Origin: a virus
Taxonomy: Duplodnaviria > Heunggongvirae > Uroviricota > Caudoviricetes
Strand: one strand, 5' to 3'
IMG/VR virus record: IMGVR_UViG_3300031993_000018
Location: 89,614-153,613 of that record
DNA length: 64,000 nucleotides
This document shows positions 30,771-40,280 of the stretch, piece by piece; position 1 is the stretch's first letter; each line of letters opens with the position of its first letter. A program made the position numbers and the translations under genes. The notes beneath the pieces were generated by a model. It made no database searches. It was given only the letters and a program-made list of their open reading frames with translations, and was not told the origin of the DNA.

Positions 30771-31406
30771 ATGAGAAAGTTCAAAGAGGGTGATGTAATC
30801 AAGTATGATGGTATAGGTCACAATGTATATATCATCAAGGAGGTTCATAGATCCCATTATGTAAACAGTTTGGGTAACTGTATGGATGGTGCTTACACAG
30901 ATGCTAATTTCGTTTTCTGTGAAAGATGTAAACCGAACACTCGGATCGGAGAACTTGAAAAACTGATAAAAGAAAAGGAATCTGAATTGGGAAAACTCCG
31001 CCAGGAATTGCATGAACTGGAAGAGAACATCAATTACGGCAACATCAATTTCTTAATAAAGTGTTCAAATGATTCATCCATACTTGCAAAGAATACAGAT
31101 GAAGGTGACATTCTGATTGACTCTTATGTGGACAACAATGGTAAGGTTCATGCCCGTTCTGGAAAAGAAAGAAGGGAATATGCTTCTGACATCTTCCTGG
31201 AATATCTTGGAACAGGAAACAAATACACTATCTGTACTTGCAGTGATGAGGCATTGAATGCTATTGGAAACCTATTGATGGAATACAATGTCATACCCAA
31301 CAATATAGAGGTACTTATGTTCTCTAAAGAACATCCGGAAGGTAAGGTCAGTCACTACACAAGAGAAGGATACCTGACCAACTGGGAGATTGGTTTCCTG
31401 GGTTAA
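30771..31406 (+). CDS. Hypothetical protein
   Basis: 211 aa ORF. Confidence 0.45.
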   Translation: MRKFKEGDVIKYDGIGHNVYIIKEVHRSHYVNSLGNCMDGAYTDANFVFCERCKPNTRIGELEKLIKEKESELGKLRQELHELEENINYGNINFLIKCSNDSSILAKNTDEGDILIDSYVDNNGKVHARSGKERREYASDIFLEYLGTGNKYTICTCSDEALNAIGNLLMEYNVIPNNIEVLMFSKEHPEGKVSHYTREGYLTNWEIGFLG

Positions 31407-31417
31407 AAAATACAACT

Positions 31418-31741
31418 ATGGTAGCATACAAGACAAGTAAAGACTATAAACACCTCATAGAGTTACTCAACAAAGGTGTTGAGGTGGTATGTTTCTACAC
31501 TTATGACTGGAATATGCTCAGACCTGGAGAGAAACAGGAAGACCATGAACCAATGATGGTAACTGATGTATGTACTGCAAAACTGATGTATAAGGACAGT
31601 AAATATGAGCAGTATGTCATCTCGTGTAGAGGATCCCAGTTCATAAGTTACTGGGTACATGATTTCCCTTACACATACACATTTGAGGAATTGCTTAAAG
31701 CAAGAGATATAGAATATATTGAACCCAATAACATCCAATGA
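31418..31741 (+). CDS. Hypothetical protein
   Basis: 107 aa ORF. Confidence 0.4.
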   Translation: MVAYKTSKDYKHLIELLNKGVEVVCFYTYDWNMLRPGEKQEDHEPMMVTDVCTAKLMYKDSKYEQYVISCRGSQFISYWVHDFPYTYTFEELLKARDIEYIEPNNIQ

Positions 31742-32793
31742 TATGGAAGTAATTATAGATGGAGTAAAATATCTTCCTTCCAATGTGGCACAACCCACAA
31801 TGGAGGAACTGAAACAGTATCTGGAGGAACTGAAAGGTAAAAGTCATCTGGTTGCTGAACAGAAAGTCCCTGCTGAATATGTAAGAGATGATGACAGAGG
31901 CAGACCCTTTGACAAGGCATATGACAAGAGAGACTGTTATGAAAGGGGATATGACTATGCCTTATTGGAGATTTTATACTGGGTAAATGAACACACTAAT
32001 AATAAGTAATATGGATAGAGAAAAATTATTGACAGTATTCAATTTGAGTAACAGTGCATTGATATTCACCTCATTTGGTGTATTCAATATGGCAATAAAC
32101 AACCACAAGGGTGCATTCATCCTGTTCGGTATTGCCCTGGTGGAACTCCTGGCGATGTCCATCACACTCGGAATTGGAGTGTTTGGAAAGAATAAATGAA
32201 CATCCAATGGAAGGAAAGAAGTTAGGCAGGAAGGATAAGGAAATGCTCAAGTCGGCACTTGGTGCCATCCACTTCGCAGATGACAGGTATTACTTTGATG
32301 GTGGAGAATACACATCCATTGATGTAATATCCTGACTGACTGATCTGGTCCTGAATAAATGACTTAATTTGGTATATTTATATAAAGGTAAGATATGACA
32401 AAAGAAGAATTCAATAATGAGATATCAGTCGGTGATGTAGTAAGAATCATTGGAACTGACAAAGAGGAAGACTGTGTGGTTCAACACAAGACAGAATATG
32501 CAGTCAATCTCCTGACTGTTGAATTAGGTCCGAGCGGTCTTCCGCGCGGAAGTTTCTATCGCACATATGATGAGATAATTTCAAAAGTAAAATAATATGG
32601 GTAATAAAAACAAATTAAAGGGTGAAGGTACTGCCACAATCATACAGACCAAACAAAACCTGGGTCTCTTCTTTGAGAATGGCAGATTCTACACCATGTA
32701 CTCCAATAGTTCATATGGTCCCATACTTGAAAAGGAGGATGTGACCGATGAAATTGCAAAGGTACTGAAACCATATTTCACATCTAATCCGGA

Positions 32794-33267
32794 TTGACAA
32801 TGATCCCTGTACTCACATTAGACACAGATGCCATCACCAAGAACTGGAAGGGTGACCAGGAGTCCATTGACTGGGTAAAGAAGTACTGTAACGCTGTTTA
32901 TGCAGAGAACAGTACCATCCCATTGTATCAATGTGATGAGAACTATGTTGATATGGAAGTCTTCAAGGAGTTCAAAAAGATTTGTACTATGAGGGATTTC
33001 CATGACTATGGTTACTGTGACAATGAGGAGTCCCTGGTGAAATATCTCCAGAAGTATGTTGATGACAAAGACAACAACTACTTTGTCCATTTTGGTTTTA
33101 TGAGTATGGACTATGAGAAGTACTACAAGAATGGGACATACATCAACAAGGATGGTATTGATACTGATCAGGACTACTATCTCTATATAGATCAACATCC
33201 GGAGATGAAGATTGACCAGGAGTTTGAGAACAAATGGATAACATATACAGTAAGAAAACTGAAATAA
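32794..33267 (+). CDS. Hypothetical protein
   Basis: 157 aa ORF. Confidence 0.45.
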   Translation: MTMIPVLTLDTDAITKNWKGDQESIDWVKKYCNAVYAENSTIPLYQCDENYVDMEVFKEFKKICTMRDFHDYGYCDNEESLVKYLQKYVDDKDNNYFVHFGFMSMDYEKYYKNGTYINKDGIDTDQDYYLYIDQHPEMKIDQEFENKWITYTVRKLK

Positions 33268-33282
33268 TCAAAATAAACAACT

Positions 33283-34074
33283 ATGGCAAAAAAGAAGGAG
33301 AATGAAGAGGAGAAGACAATCTCTCCAAGTCAGTACTTTGATTTCTTGAAGGGAGCAAAGAACATCATCACAACCGAGGCACTCAAGGAGTCATATGATG
33401 TGTTCATAAAACTGGCTGAAAAGTACCAAAAGATAGGTCAGGTGGAGTCTCTCAAGAAGCTTTGCTTCCTTGCAGACACACTGGTGAAGGAGGAGAAACT
33501 CATTGAGATGGGAATCAACACATTCATCTATAAGGACACCATTGAGGACTACATTGAGAATGTGGCAGGTAAGACCGTCAAGATTGTGGAACTCTCCAGA
33601 TATATGAGAGAGGTTCCGGATGAACTGGTGGAGACCATTGAAAAGACCAAGAGTCTCTTCAATGAGTTCTATGTAATCTTCACAGACTATACCGGTAAGG
33701 AAGAGAGAAAGATTGAGAAGGAGAGAAGGGATAAGGATCCCATCCTGTTCGGTGTGTTCAAAGACAACACCAATGTATCTGACCGCTTCTACTTCCTGGG
33801 TGACTGGGTGGATGAGTATTGTGACCTCACCCTTGACAAGATGGTTGAGCAGTACAAGTCAAAGAAGAATGTCTCACCTGTTGTAACCACAGAGATACCC
33901 AAGGATAGTGATGAACTTGTTTCAATCCTCAAGACATACAAGATTGAGGAGAAGAAGGGTAACAGTTACATAACCCTTACACCCAATGATCCGCTTCCTG
34001 TTGCCAATTACAAGGTAGAGGGTGAAAAGAAACCCGGATTCTTTAAGAAGGTCTTCAGTGTATTTAAGAACTAA
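33283..34074 (+). CDS. Hypothetical protein
   Basis: 263 aa ORF immediately upstream of the leader-family array. Confidence 0.5.
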   Translation: MAKKKENEEEKTISPSQYFDFLKGAKNIITTEALKESYDVFIKLAEKYQKIGQVESLKKLCFLADTLVKEEKLIEMGINTFIYKDTIEDYIENVAGKTVKIVELSRYMREVPDELVETIEKTKSLFNEFYVIFTDYTGKEERKIEKERRDKDPILFGVFKDNTNVSDRFYFLGDWVDEYCDLTLDKMVEQYKSKKNVSPVVTTEIPKDSDELVSILKTYKIEEKKGNSYITLTPNDPLPVANYKVEGEKKPGFFKKVFSVFKN

Positions 34075-34076
34075 GT

Positions 34077-34481
34077 ATGCTTCCGAGAAACATTGATCTC
34101 ACCGAGAATAGAGACTTTGGTGGTGATGGAGAATTGGATGGACTTGACATATCACTCTGGTGGGATGATGATGAATTGATAACTCCTGCCCAGTGGCACA
34201 ATAGTGTAAGGTTTCAGAGTTTCTTTGGGAAAAGAATCCACAAGAATGAGAAGGATAAAATCTTCACTCATATGGATCTTCCATTTCTCACAGGTGATGA
34301 AGGTAGATGTACCAAGTGTGGTCGCTTATTAGTCCCCTGGAATAGGTTTCACGGATTCTGTATGGGATGTAAAGATGAAATGGAAAAGTTCACACCAAAG
34401 GACATTCCTTGGCGGAACAATGAACTAAGAATAGTTAGAGCTGGTGACAGAGGTCAGGGAGATTTATTCAATTTAAGATGA
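34077..34481 (+). CDS. Hypothetical zinc-ribbon protein
   Basis: RCTKCGRLL...FCMGCK; its stop overlaps the next start as ATGA. Confidence 0.45.
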   Translation: MLPRNIDLTENRDFGGDGELDGLDISLWWDDDELITPAQWHNSVRFQSFFGKRIHKNEKDKIFTHMDLPFLTGDEGRCTKCGRLLVPWNRFHGFCMGCKDEMEKFTPKDIPWRNNELRIVRAGDRGQGDLFNLR

Positions 34482-34654
34482 GTATCTGGGGTGATATGCT
34501 TGACAAAGGTCAGGGAGATATGGAGAGAGGAGAAGACCTTCCACATATCAGAAGTCTTTATCCCTCAGTGTTTGGTAAGAAAAATCCCACAAGAAAGGAT
34601 TTGGAAGACTATAGAGAAATGTGTGAAAACTTAAATAAAATATTTGGACTATGA
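34478..34654 (+). CDS. MSIWGDMLD-leader family member 0 (58 aa)
   Basis: Hand translation gives MSIWGDMLDKGQGDMERGEDLPHIRSLYPSVFGKKNPTRKDLEDYREMCENLNKIFGL. Start and stop both overlap neighbours as ATGA. Confidence 0.5.
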   Translation: MSIWGDMLDKGQGDMERGEDLPHIRSLYPSVFGKKNPTRKDLEDYREMCENLNKIFGL

Positions 34655-34920
34655 GTATCTGGGGTGACATGCTTGACCGGGGAACCGGGGAGAAAATAAA
34701 GAAGGAGGATATCATCCCCTTTCCTAACTTTGATGAACTTTTTTATCCTGATATTACTATTAATCCCAAATCATTTACTGTAGATTATTTAGACCAATTA
34801 AGAGATTTCTCAAAGAAAACATCAGATATAGAAAGTAAACTATCAGATGTGGAAAAGAAACTCAAGGAACTTGGAGTTACAATAAATGATTTTACCAAAT
34901 CATGTAGATTACCATTATGA
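34651..34920 (+). CDS. MSIWGDMLD-leader family member 1
   Basis: MSIWGDMLDRGTGEKIKKEDIIPFP...; unique C-terminus. Confidence 0.6.
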   Translation: MSIWGDMLDRGTGEKIKKEDIIPFPNFDELFYPDITINPKSFTVDYLDQLRDFSKKTSDIESKLSDVEKKLKELGVTINDFTKSCRLPL

Positions 34921-35177
34921 GTGTCTGGGGTGACATGCTTGACAGAGGTAGAGGTATAAGAGAAAAGAAAGAAGATGATTACCTCTCCAAAATGAAAAGT
35001 GCGGGTGTATATAAACCTGTATTTGTACCCTGGTGGAAGAATTTTGACTCTACTGATATTGATATTGATGAAGATGCAATAAAGGAGATGAACAATTTCA
35101 GCTGGGATAAAATGTGGAAGAAACAGAATATCAATGATGAATATTCAAGAGACCTTTTATCCAAACTGTACAAATAA
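34917..35177 (+). CDS. MSIWGDMLD-leader family member 2
   Basis: MSVWGDMLDRGRGIREKKEDDYL...; unique C-terminus. Confidence 0.6.
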   Translation: MSVWGDMLDRGRGIREKKEDDYLSKMKSAGVYKPVFVPWWKNFDSTDIDIDEDAIKEMNNFSWDKMWKKQNINDEYSRDLLSKLYK

Positions 35178-35182
35178 ATCTT

Positions 35183-35500
35183 ATGGGAGTCTGGGGAAAA
35201 ATACTTGACCAAGGTTGTGGTATAAAGATTAAGAAGGAGAATGAATATTTGGAGAATCTGAAAAGGATGATTAGAGATGTCCTATCTTCCCATAAGGTTT
35301 GTCCAGATGGTGACCCACCAATCAAAAATTTCTTTATTGAGGTTGAAGAAGATGGAGGAGTACAAAGATATTCCATTACCCTTGCAGCCTTGGAACACAA
35401 AGATGAATATGGACAAATAACAAGAGATTTTAATAGTCTTGATAATTTGGAAAGCATCCTTAAACTACTTAAAAAAGGAAAAATAATATATGTATTTTAA
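35183..35500 (+). CDS. MSIWGDMLD-leader family member 3 (divergent leader MGVWGKILDQGCGIKIKKENEY)
   Basis: The leader is conserved at both protein and DNA level (atgggagtctggggaaaaatacttgac). Confidence 0.55.
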   Translation: MGVWGKILDQGCGIKIKKENEYLENLKRMIRDVLSSHKVCPDGDPPIKNFFIEVEEDGGVQRYSITLAALEHKDEYGQITRDFNSLDNLESILKLLKKGKIIYVF

Positions 35501-35502
35501 TT

Positions 35503-35916
35503 ATGAGTATCTGGGGTGATATGCTTGACCGGGGAACCGGTGAAAAGATAAAGAAGGAGGATCTCATTGCCGATCCACTGGGGACACTTGAAAAAAGTGT
35601 TATAGTGTATATAGGACCTGTGGACAGAACAGTGTTTCCCACAATGCCGGCGGAAAAAGGACAACTGTACTATGTAAAGGATGAGGTAACCATTGAAGGT
35701 GTAACCTTTCCAGCAGGTTCAGGTATAGTCTATGATGGAACCAAGTGGGTAAATGTAGGTGGTTACACTGTTGAAAGGGTAGATGCCAATATCGATTACC
35801 TTAAACCTGATTCTGGTTTGGAATATATCCCTGAGCCGCCGCGAATTACAATAGCAGCATATGACGATGACGGAGTATATGTACCAAAGTCAATAGGATG
35901 GAAAAATAATTTTTGA
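35503..35916 (+). CDS. MSIWGDMLD-leader family member 4
   Basis: MSIWGDMLDRGTGEKIKKEDLIADP...; 137 aa. Confidence 0.6.
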   Translation: MSIWGDMLDRGTGEKIKKEDLIADPLGTLEKSVIVYIGPVDRTVFPTMPAEKGQLYYVKDEVTIEGVTFPAGSGIVYDGTKWVNVGGYTVERVDANIDYLKPDSGLEYIPEPPRITIAAYDDDGVYVPKSIGWKNNF

Positions 35917-35945
35917 TTAATCAAGAAAAATCATTATATTTGTAA
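35916..35945 (+). promoter_or_regulatory. Sigma-AB type promoter (TTTG, then 19 nt, then TATATTTG)
   Basis: TTTGattaatcaagaaaaatcatTATATTTGtaag, upstream of the nucleotidyltransferase gene. Confidence 0.5.
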
Positions 35946-35968
35946 GAGAAGAGACATTTAATCTTATT

Positions 35969-37288
35969 ATGAAACTAACATTAGAGAATATTACAATCAA
36001 AGACCACAAGATTTATGACCCGGAAGGAAACTTCAGGGGAGAAATCTTGTATGAGTACATTCGTGGTTCTCATCTGTATTCAACCAATGTGGAGACATCA
36101 GATGAAGACCAGGGAGGTATCTACATTATGCCTAACAGCACCATATTGGGTCTTGGTCTTGACTATCAGAATGAGATAAAGGATAAGAGTAATGACAAGT
36201 GCATCTGGGAGTTGGGAAGATTCCTGGAACTTGCCCTGTCTTCAAACCCAACTGTCCTGGAGGCACTCTTTGTTCCTGGTGATAAGGTCATCTATGAACA
36301 TCCTGTCATCAAGGAGATCCGTTCACACCGTGATGAGTTTATCACCAAGAAGTGTTTTGCACCATTTGGAGGTTATGCTTCAAGTCAGATAAAGAAGGCT
36401 CAGGGTCAGAACAAGAAGATCCACTGGGATATTGCCCAGATGGTAAGGAAGACTCCTATGGACTTCTGTTATACCTTGAAGAACCAGGGTAGTCAGCCTA
36501 TGCAGGACTGGTTGGATGAAAGAGGACTTGATCAGAGAAACTGTGGTCTGGTCAATATTCCCAATATGCCTGATATGTTCGGTGTGTATTATGACTGGGG
36601 TCAGCACATCAGACTTGCCGGTATCACCAAGGAGTATTTCACCAATAAGGAGAATTACTACAAGGATAAGTTTATCAAGACTATGGACATGTATCTTGGA
36701 AATGAATATATCCTCCATGAGGATGGAAACCTTGAGGATGAACTTGAATATATCTGGGATCATCACTCTGAACCTCATGGTGGTTACTGTGGAATCATCT
36801 CACCCAATGAGGATTCCAACACAGTAAGGTTCTCTTCTGTTGTCAAGGGTGAGAAACCCATCTGTTATATGTCTTACAATGCCAATGCATATATATCACA
36901 TTGTAAGGAGTATAGGGAGTATGAGGACTGGAAGGAACACAGAAATCCAGCAAGGTATGAATCCAATATGGAGGGAGAGAAGTCAGGCAATGCAGATATG
37001 AAATATGACTGCAAGAATATGATGCACTGCTTCAGGTTGATGGCAATGGCAAAGGAGATTGCAGAAGGAAAGGGTGTGATCCTGGATCGCGCTGGTATTG
37101 ACAGGGAGTTTCTCCTGGATGTTAGAAACCGTAAGTATGGTTATTCTGAACTCCAGAAGAAGATGCTTGACCTGAAGGATGAGATGGATGCTGCCATTGA
37201 GAAATCTACCATCAAGGATGAGATTGATCCCCAAATGGTCAATGACCTCCTCCTGGAAGCAAGAAAACATTTTAATTCAAAAGATTAA
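35969..37288 (+). CDS. Pol-beta superfamily nucleotidyltransferase (GSHLYST...SDED motif)
   Basis: Near the N-terminus, IRGSHLYSTNVETSDEDQGG fits the GS...(S/T)D.D nucleotidyltransferase active site. The ~440 aa protein probably carries a helical substrate-binding extension. Confidence 0.5.
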   Translation: MKLTLENITIKDHKIYDPEGNFRGEILYEYIRGSHLYSTNVETSDEDQGGIYIMPNSTILGLGLDYQNEIKDKSNDKCIWELGRFLELALSSNPTVLEALFVPGDKVIYEHPVIKEIRSHRDEFITKKCFAPFGGYASSQIKKAQGQNKKIHWDIAQMVRKTPMDFCYTLKNQGSQPMQDWLDERGLDQRNCGLVNIPNMPDMFGVYYDWGQHIRLAGITKEYFTNKENYYKDKFIKTMDMYLGNEYILHEDGNLEDELEYIWDHHSEPHGGYCGIISPNEDSNTVRFSSVVKGEKPICYMSYNANAYISHCKEYREYEDWKEHRNPARYESNMEGEKSGNADMKYDCKNMMHCFRLMAMAKEIAEGKGVILDRAGIDREFLLDVRNRKYGYSELQKKMLDLKDEMDAAIEKSTIKDEIDPQMVNDLLLEARKHFNSKD

Positions 37289-37305
37289 CTTTAAAAAATA
37301 ACACT

Positions 37306-37581
37306 ATGTTTGGAATTATTTTATCATTAGTAGCTGCACTTCTATGTGCAATTTCATGTGGTATTTACATTCTTGAAAAGAAACCGGTGGGTGCCACATT
37401 TTTTGGATTCTTGTCAATTTTAAATCTTGTTTTCTTTTTTCTTAATCTTGTGAACTATAATTCAAATGAAATTGAGAAACATGAGATTGAAAATGTTATA
37501 AAGTATGATGTTGACAGTACCATGACAATATCCGGAAAGGACACTACAAAGACATACACAATTTATTACTACAAATATTAA
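37306..37581 (+). CDS. Small membrane protein
   Basis: Two hydrophobic helices at the N-terminus. Confidence 0.4.
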   Translation: MFGIILSLVAALLCAISCGIYILEKKPVGATFFGFLSILNLVFFFLNLVNYNSNEIEKHEIENVIKYDVDSTMTISGKDTTKTYTIYYYKY

Positions 37582-37585
37582 AATT

Positions 37586-38035
37586 ATGAAACCGGAGAAT
37601 AGGAATACATTGAAGAAAAGTGTGGAAGCTCTCACTACCCTTGGGTTCAAACCTGAAAACATTATGGTAACCGGAAGTATAGCTCTGGATATTGTTGGAG
37701 TACTTCCCCCGAACAGATGGACTCATGACATTGATTTCATCATCAAAATGGATGACAAGTCTTGGCATTGCATGAAACTGCTTGAAGCAATTGAAAAGGC
37801 AGATATGGGTAAGGATAGCAAGTATCCTGATGACAAGAATATGGTCTTCCTGAAGTTAAAGGGTATCAGTACTAACATATGGAGACACACTCCCAACTTT
37901 GACTGGTCAACCATCAAGGATACAGAGACTGGTGTTATGGTGGCAACAGTGTCTCATATTATTCAGGCAAAGAAGGCATATGGTCGCCAAAAGGACTATG
38001 AGGATCTTGCCGCCATTTGCAAATACATTCTTTGA
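37586..38035 (+). CDS. Hypothetical protein, possible minimal nucleotidyltransferase fold
   Basis: VTGSIALDIVGV....THDIDFII resembles the GS...D.D motif of MNT-type nucleotidyltransferases. Weak. Confidence 0.3.
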   Translation: MKPENRNTLKKSVEALTTLGFKPENIMVTGSIALDIVGVLPPNRWTHDIDFIIKMDDKSWHCMKLLEAIEKADMGKDSKYPDDKNMVFLKLKGISTNIWRHTPNFDWSTIKDTETGVMVATVSHIIQAKKAYGRQKDYEDLAAICKYIL

Positions 38036-38266
38036 TAATGATATTCAAGTTCAATGGAGGTAGAGGTGCCATCCTTTGTGACAAATGTGGAATCATCCTC
38101 AAGTCAGGAGATGACATTCCAAAATATGTCTGGGATGCAGTCAGGAAAGGTACTGTAAGTGACCTCCCTGGTATGTGTTGTGATGACAACTGTGAAAGAA
38201 GTAAGAAAATTCTTGGAGACATCTACACAGGTAACACCAAAGATGTAGGACAATAAAATTAAGATT

Positions 38267-39112
38267 ATGTATTTCAAAAACCTAAAAGAAAAGTGCGAAT
38301 ATTACCGTTCGCTTACTGATTATAAACTGATGTCAAACTCTTATGTCCTGGTGATGGTGGATGGTCACTGTTTCAGCAAGATGATCAAGAATAAGTTTGA
38401 CAAACCATTTGATGATGAGTTCATCAATATGATGAATGAGACTGCAAAGTATCTGTGTGAACAGGTACAGGGAGTTAAGTTTGCATACACACAGTCTGAT
38501 GAGATTTCACTTCTCATCACAGACTTTGACACACCAGTAACCGATGCATACTTTAGTTTCAGACTCTGTAAGATGCAGTCACTCATTGCTGCACTGGCAA
38601 CTGCCAAGTTCAACCAGTTATATGCCATCCATAACATTGGTAAGGAAGTGAGTGGTGGCAGCAACAAGATTGAACTTAAGAAGACTATTCCACTCTGTAC
38701 ATTTGACTGTAAGGTATGGACTGTTCCAAATGCAAATGACGCCTATGCCTGGTTCCTCTACAGACAGACTGACTGTATCAAGAACTCAAAGGCACAGACA
38801 GCCCAGACATATCTTCCACACAAACAGTTGGTGGGTCTGACAGCAGATGATATGATTGCCAAACTCAAGGATGAGCAGAACATTGACTGGTATGAGTTTG
38901 TCAATGGTAAGAAGTATGGAAGACTCATCAGGAAAGTGGAGACTCCTATGGAGAAAGACCTTTCCAATGGACTACACATTGAATACATAAGGAATGTATG
39001 GACACCTGTTGAGATAACAGACTTGAGAGAGGATGGGTCACAAGTGAGAGATCTGATTCCTGAACTGTTCAGACCTGGTGTTAATATAAAAGAAGAAATC
39101 ACAGAAGAATGA
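38267..39112 (+). CDS. Thg1-like protein (tRNA-His guanylyltransferase family 3'-5' nucleotidyltransferase)
   Basis: YVLVMVDGHCFSKMIKNKFDKPFDDEFINMMNETAKYL and FAYTQSDEISLLI parallel the Thg1/TLP N-terminal catalytic blocks (R.DGR.FH.F...KP.D....M...A...AYG.SDE.S..L). Confidence 0.65.
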   Translation: MYFKNLKEKCEYYRSLTDYKLMSNSYVLVMVDGHCFSKMIKNKFDKPFDDEFINMMNETAKYLCEQVQGVKFAYTQSDEISLLITDFDTPVTDAYFSFRLCKMQSLIAALATAKFNQLYAIHNIGKEVSGGSNKIELKKTIPLCTFDCKVWTVPNANDAYAWFLYRQTDCIKNSKAQTAQTYLPHKQLVGLTADDMIAKLKDEQNIDWYEFVNGKKYGRLIRKVETPMEKDLSNGLHIEYIRNVWTPVEITDLREDGSQVRDLIPELFRPGVNIKEEITEE

Positions 39113-39489
39113 TTATAGGTATAGATTTTGATGGGACATGTGTAAAGCATGCATATCCCAATATAGGAGATGACATTGGTGCTGTTCCAGTACTCAAGGA
39201 ATTCATAAGACAGGGACACAAACTGGTTCTCATCTCAATGAGGTCCGGGGAACTCCTGGACAATGCCGTACAGTGGTTTAAGGAGAGAGGAATTGAACTC
39301 TATGGAGTAAACCACAATCCTGATCAGGACAGTTGGACTAAGTCACCAAAGATTTATGCACAACTGTATATAGATGATGCCGGACTTGGTTGCCCCACTA
39401 ATTTTGACCAGAGAACCGGAAGACCTTATGTGGATTGGAAAGTAATTGCACAGGCATTCGGTTACAAATATGATGAACTTCCAAAATAA
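39109..39489 (+). CDS. Small HAD-superfamily hydrolase
   Basis: Motif I IGIDFDGTCV (DxDGT); 126 aa. Confidence 0.5.
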   Translation: MIIGIDFDGTCVKHAYPNIGDDIGAVPVLKEFIRQGHKLVLISMRSGELLDNAVQWFKERGIELYGVNHNPDQDSWTKSPKIYAQLYIDDAGLGCPTNFDQRTGRPYVDWKVIAQAFGYKYDELPK

Positions 39490-39499
39490 TATTTGATTT

Positions 39500-40219
39500 A
39501 TGGATACTACCAATACCAATTATTATTATATGATGAGAGATGAGATAGACAGTATTGACAATCCTGAAATCAGGAGGTTTGCCAACACACTGTTGAACAG
39601 AGTCCCCGATTATTTTTTCAAGGTACCCGCATCTTCATCAGGTAAGTATCACCCAAAGAATGACCTGGGTGAGGGTGGATTGGTCAGACACTCCATCAGT
39701 GTAAAGAGAATGCTTGTACATCTCCTTGAACTGGACTGTTATAGTTTCTCTGATGATGAGAAGGATCTCCTGATTGTTGCGGCTCTGTTCCATGACTGTA
39801 TGAAGTCAGGAACACAGGAGGAGTATAAGAAAAACAACAGAACCAAATTCCTCCATCCTGTCCTGGCTGCCAACTTCATTATCACCACATCTGTGATAGA
39901 TGGGTTCAAATATGATTGGGCATTGTATATTGCTGATGCTGTGATTTCACATATGGGTCAGTGGAACACCAACAAGAGTGAGGATGGTGAACTCCCTGTC
40001 CCTGTTAATCCGGCACAAAGAATCCTCCATCTTGCAGACTATCTTGTCTCAAGAAAGGACATCAATATGGTCCTCAGGGAAGATGATGAGATTATTGACA
40101 ATGAAGTAATTGTAACCCAGGATGACAACAAGGATGAACCTGGAGATGTTCCTGAACACAAGGAGAATGGTGAGGACACCAAGACAGCACCAGGAACAAC
40201 TATGGAAATGTCAGACTGA
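39500..40219 (+). CDS. HD-domain phosphohydrolase
   Basis: H...HS...AALFHDCMK contains His-Asp metal ligands, with additional downstream His (ISHMGQW). A bidirectional terminator follows. Confidence 0.6.
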   Translation: MDTTNTNYYYMMRDEIDSIDNPEIRRFANTLLNRVPDYFFKVPASSSGKYHPKNDLGEGGLVRHSISVKRMLVHLLELDCYSFSDDEKDLLIVAALFHDCMKSGTQEEYKKNNRTKFLHPVLAANFIITTSVIDGFKYDWALYIADAVISHMGQWNTNKSEDGELPVPVNPAQRILHLADYLVSRKDINMVLREDDEIIDNEVIVTQDDNKDEPGDVPEHKENGEDTKTAPGTTMEMSD

Positions 40220-40280
40220 TTGCTGCGATAGCGGTTGCGACAATAAAAAAGAGGGTGAATGATTTCATCCTCTTTTGTTT

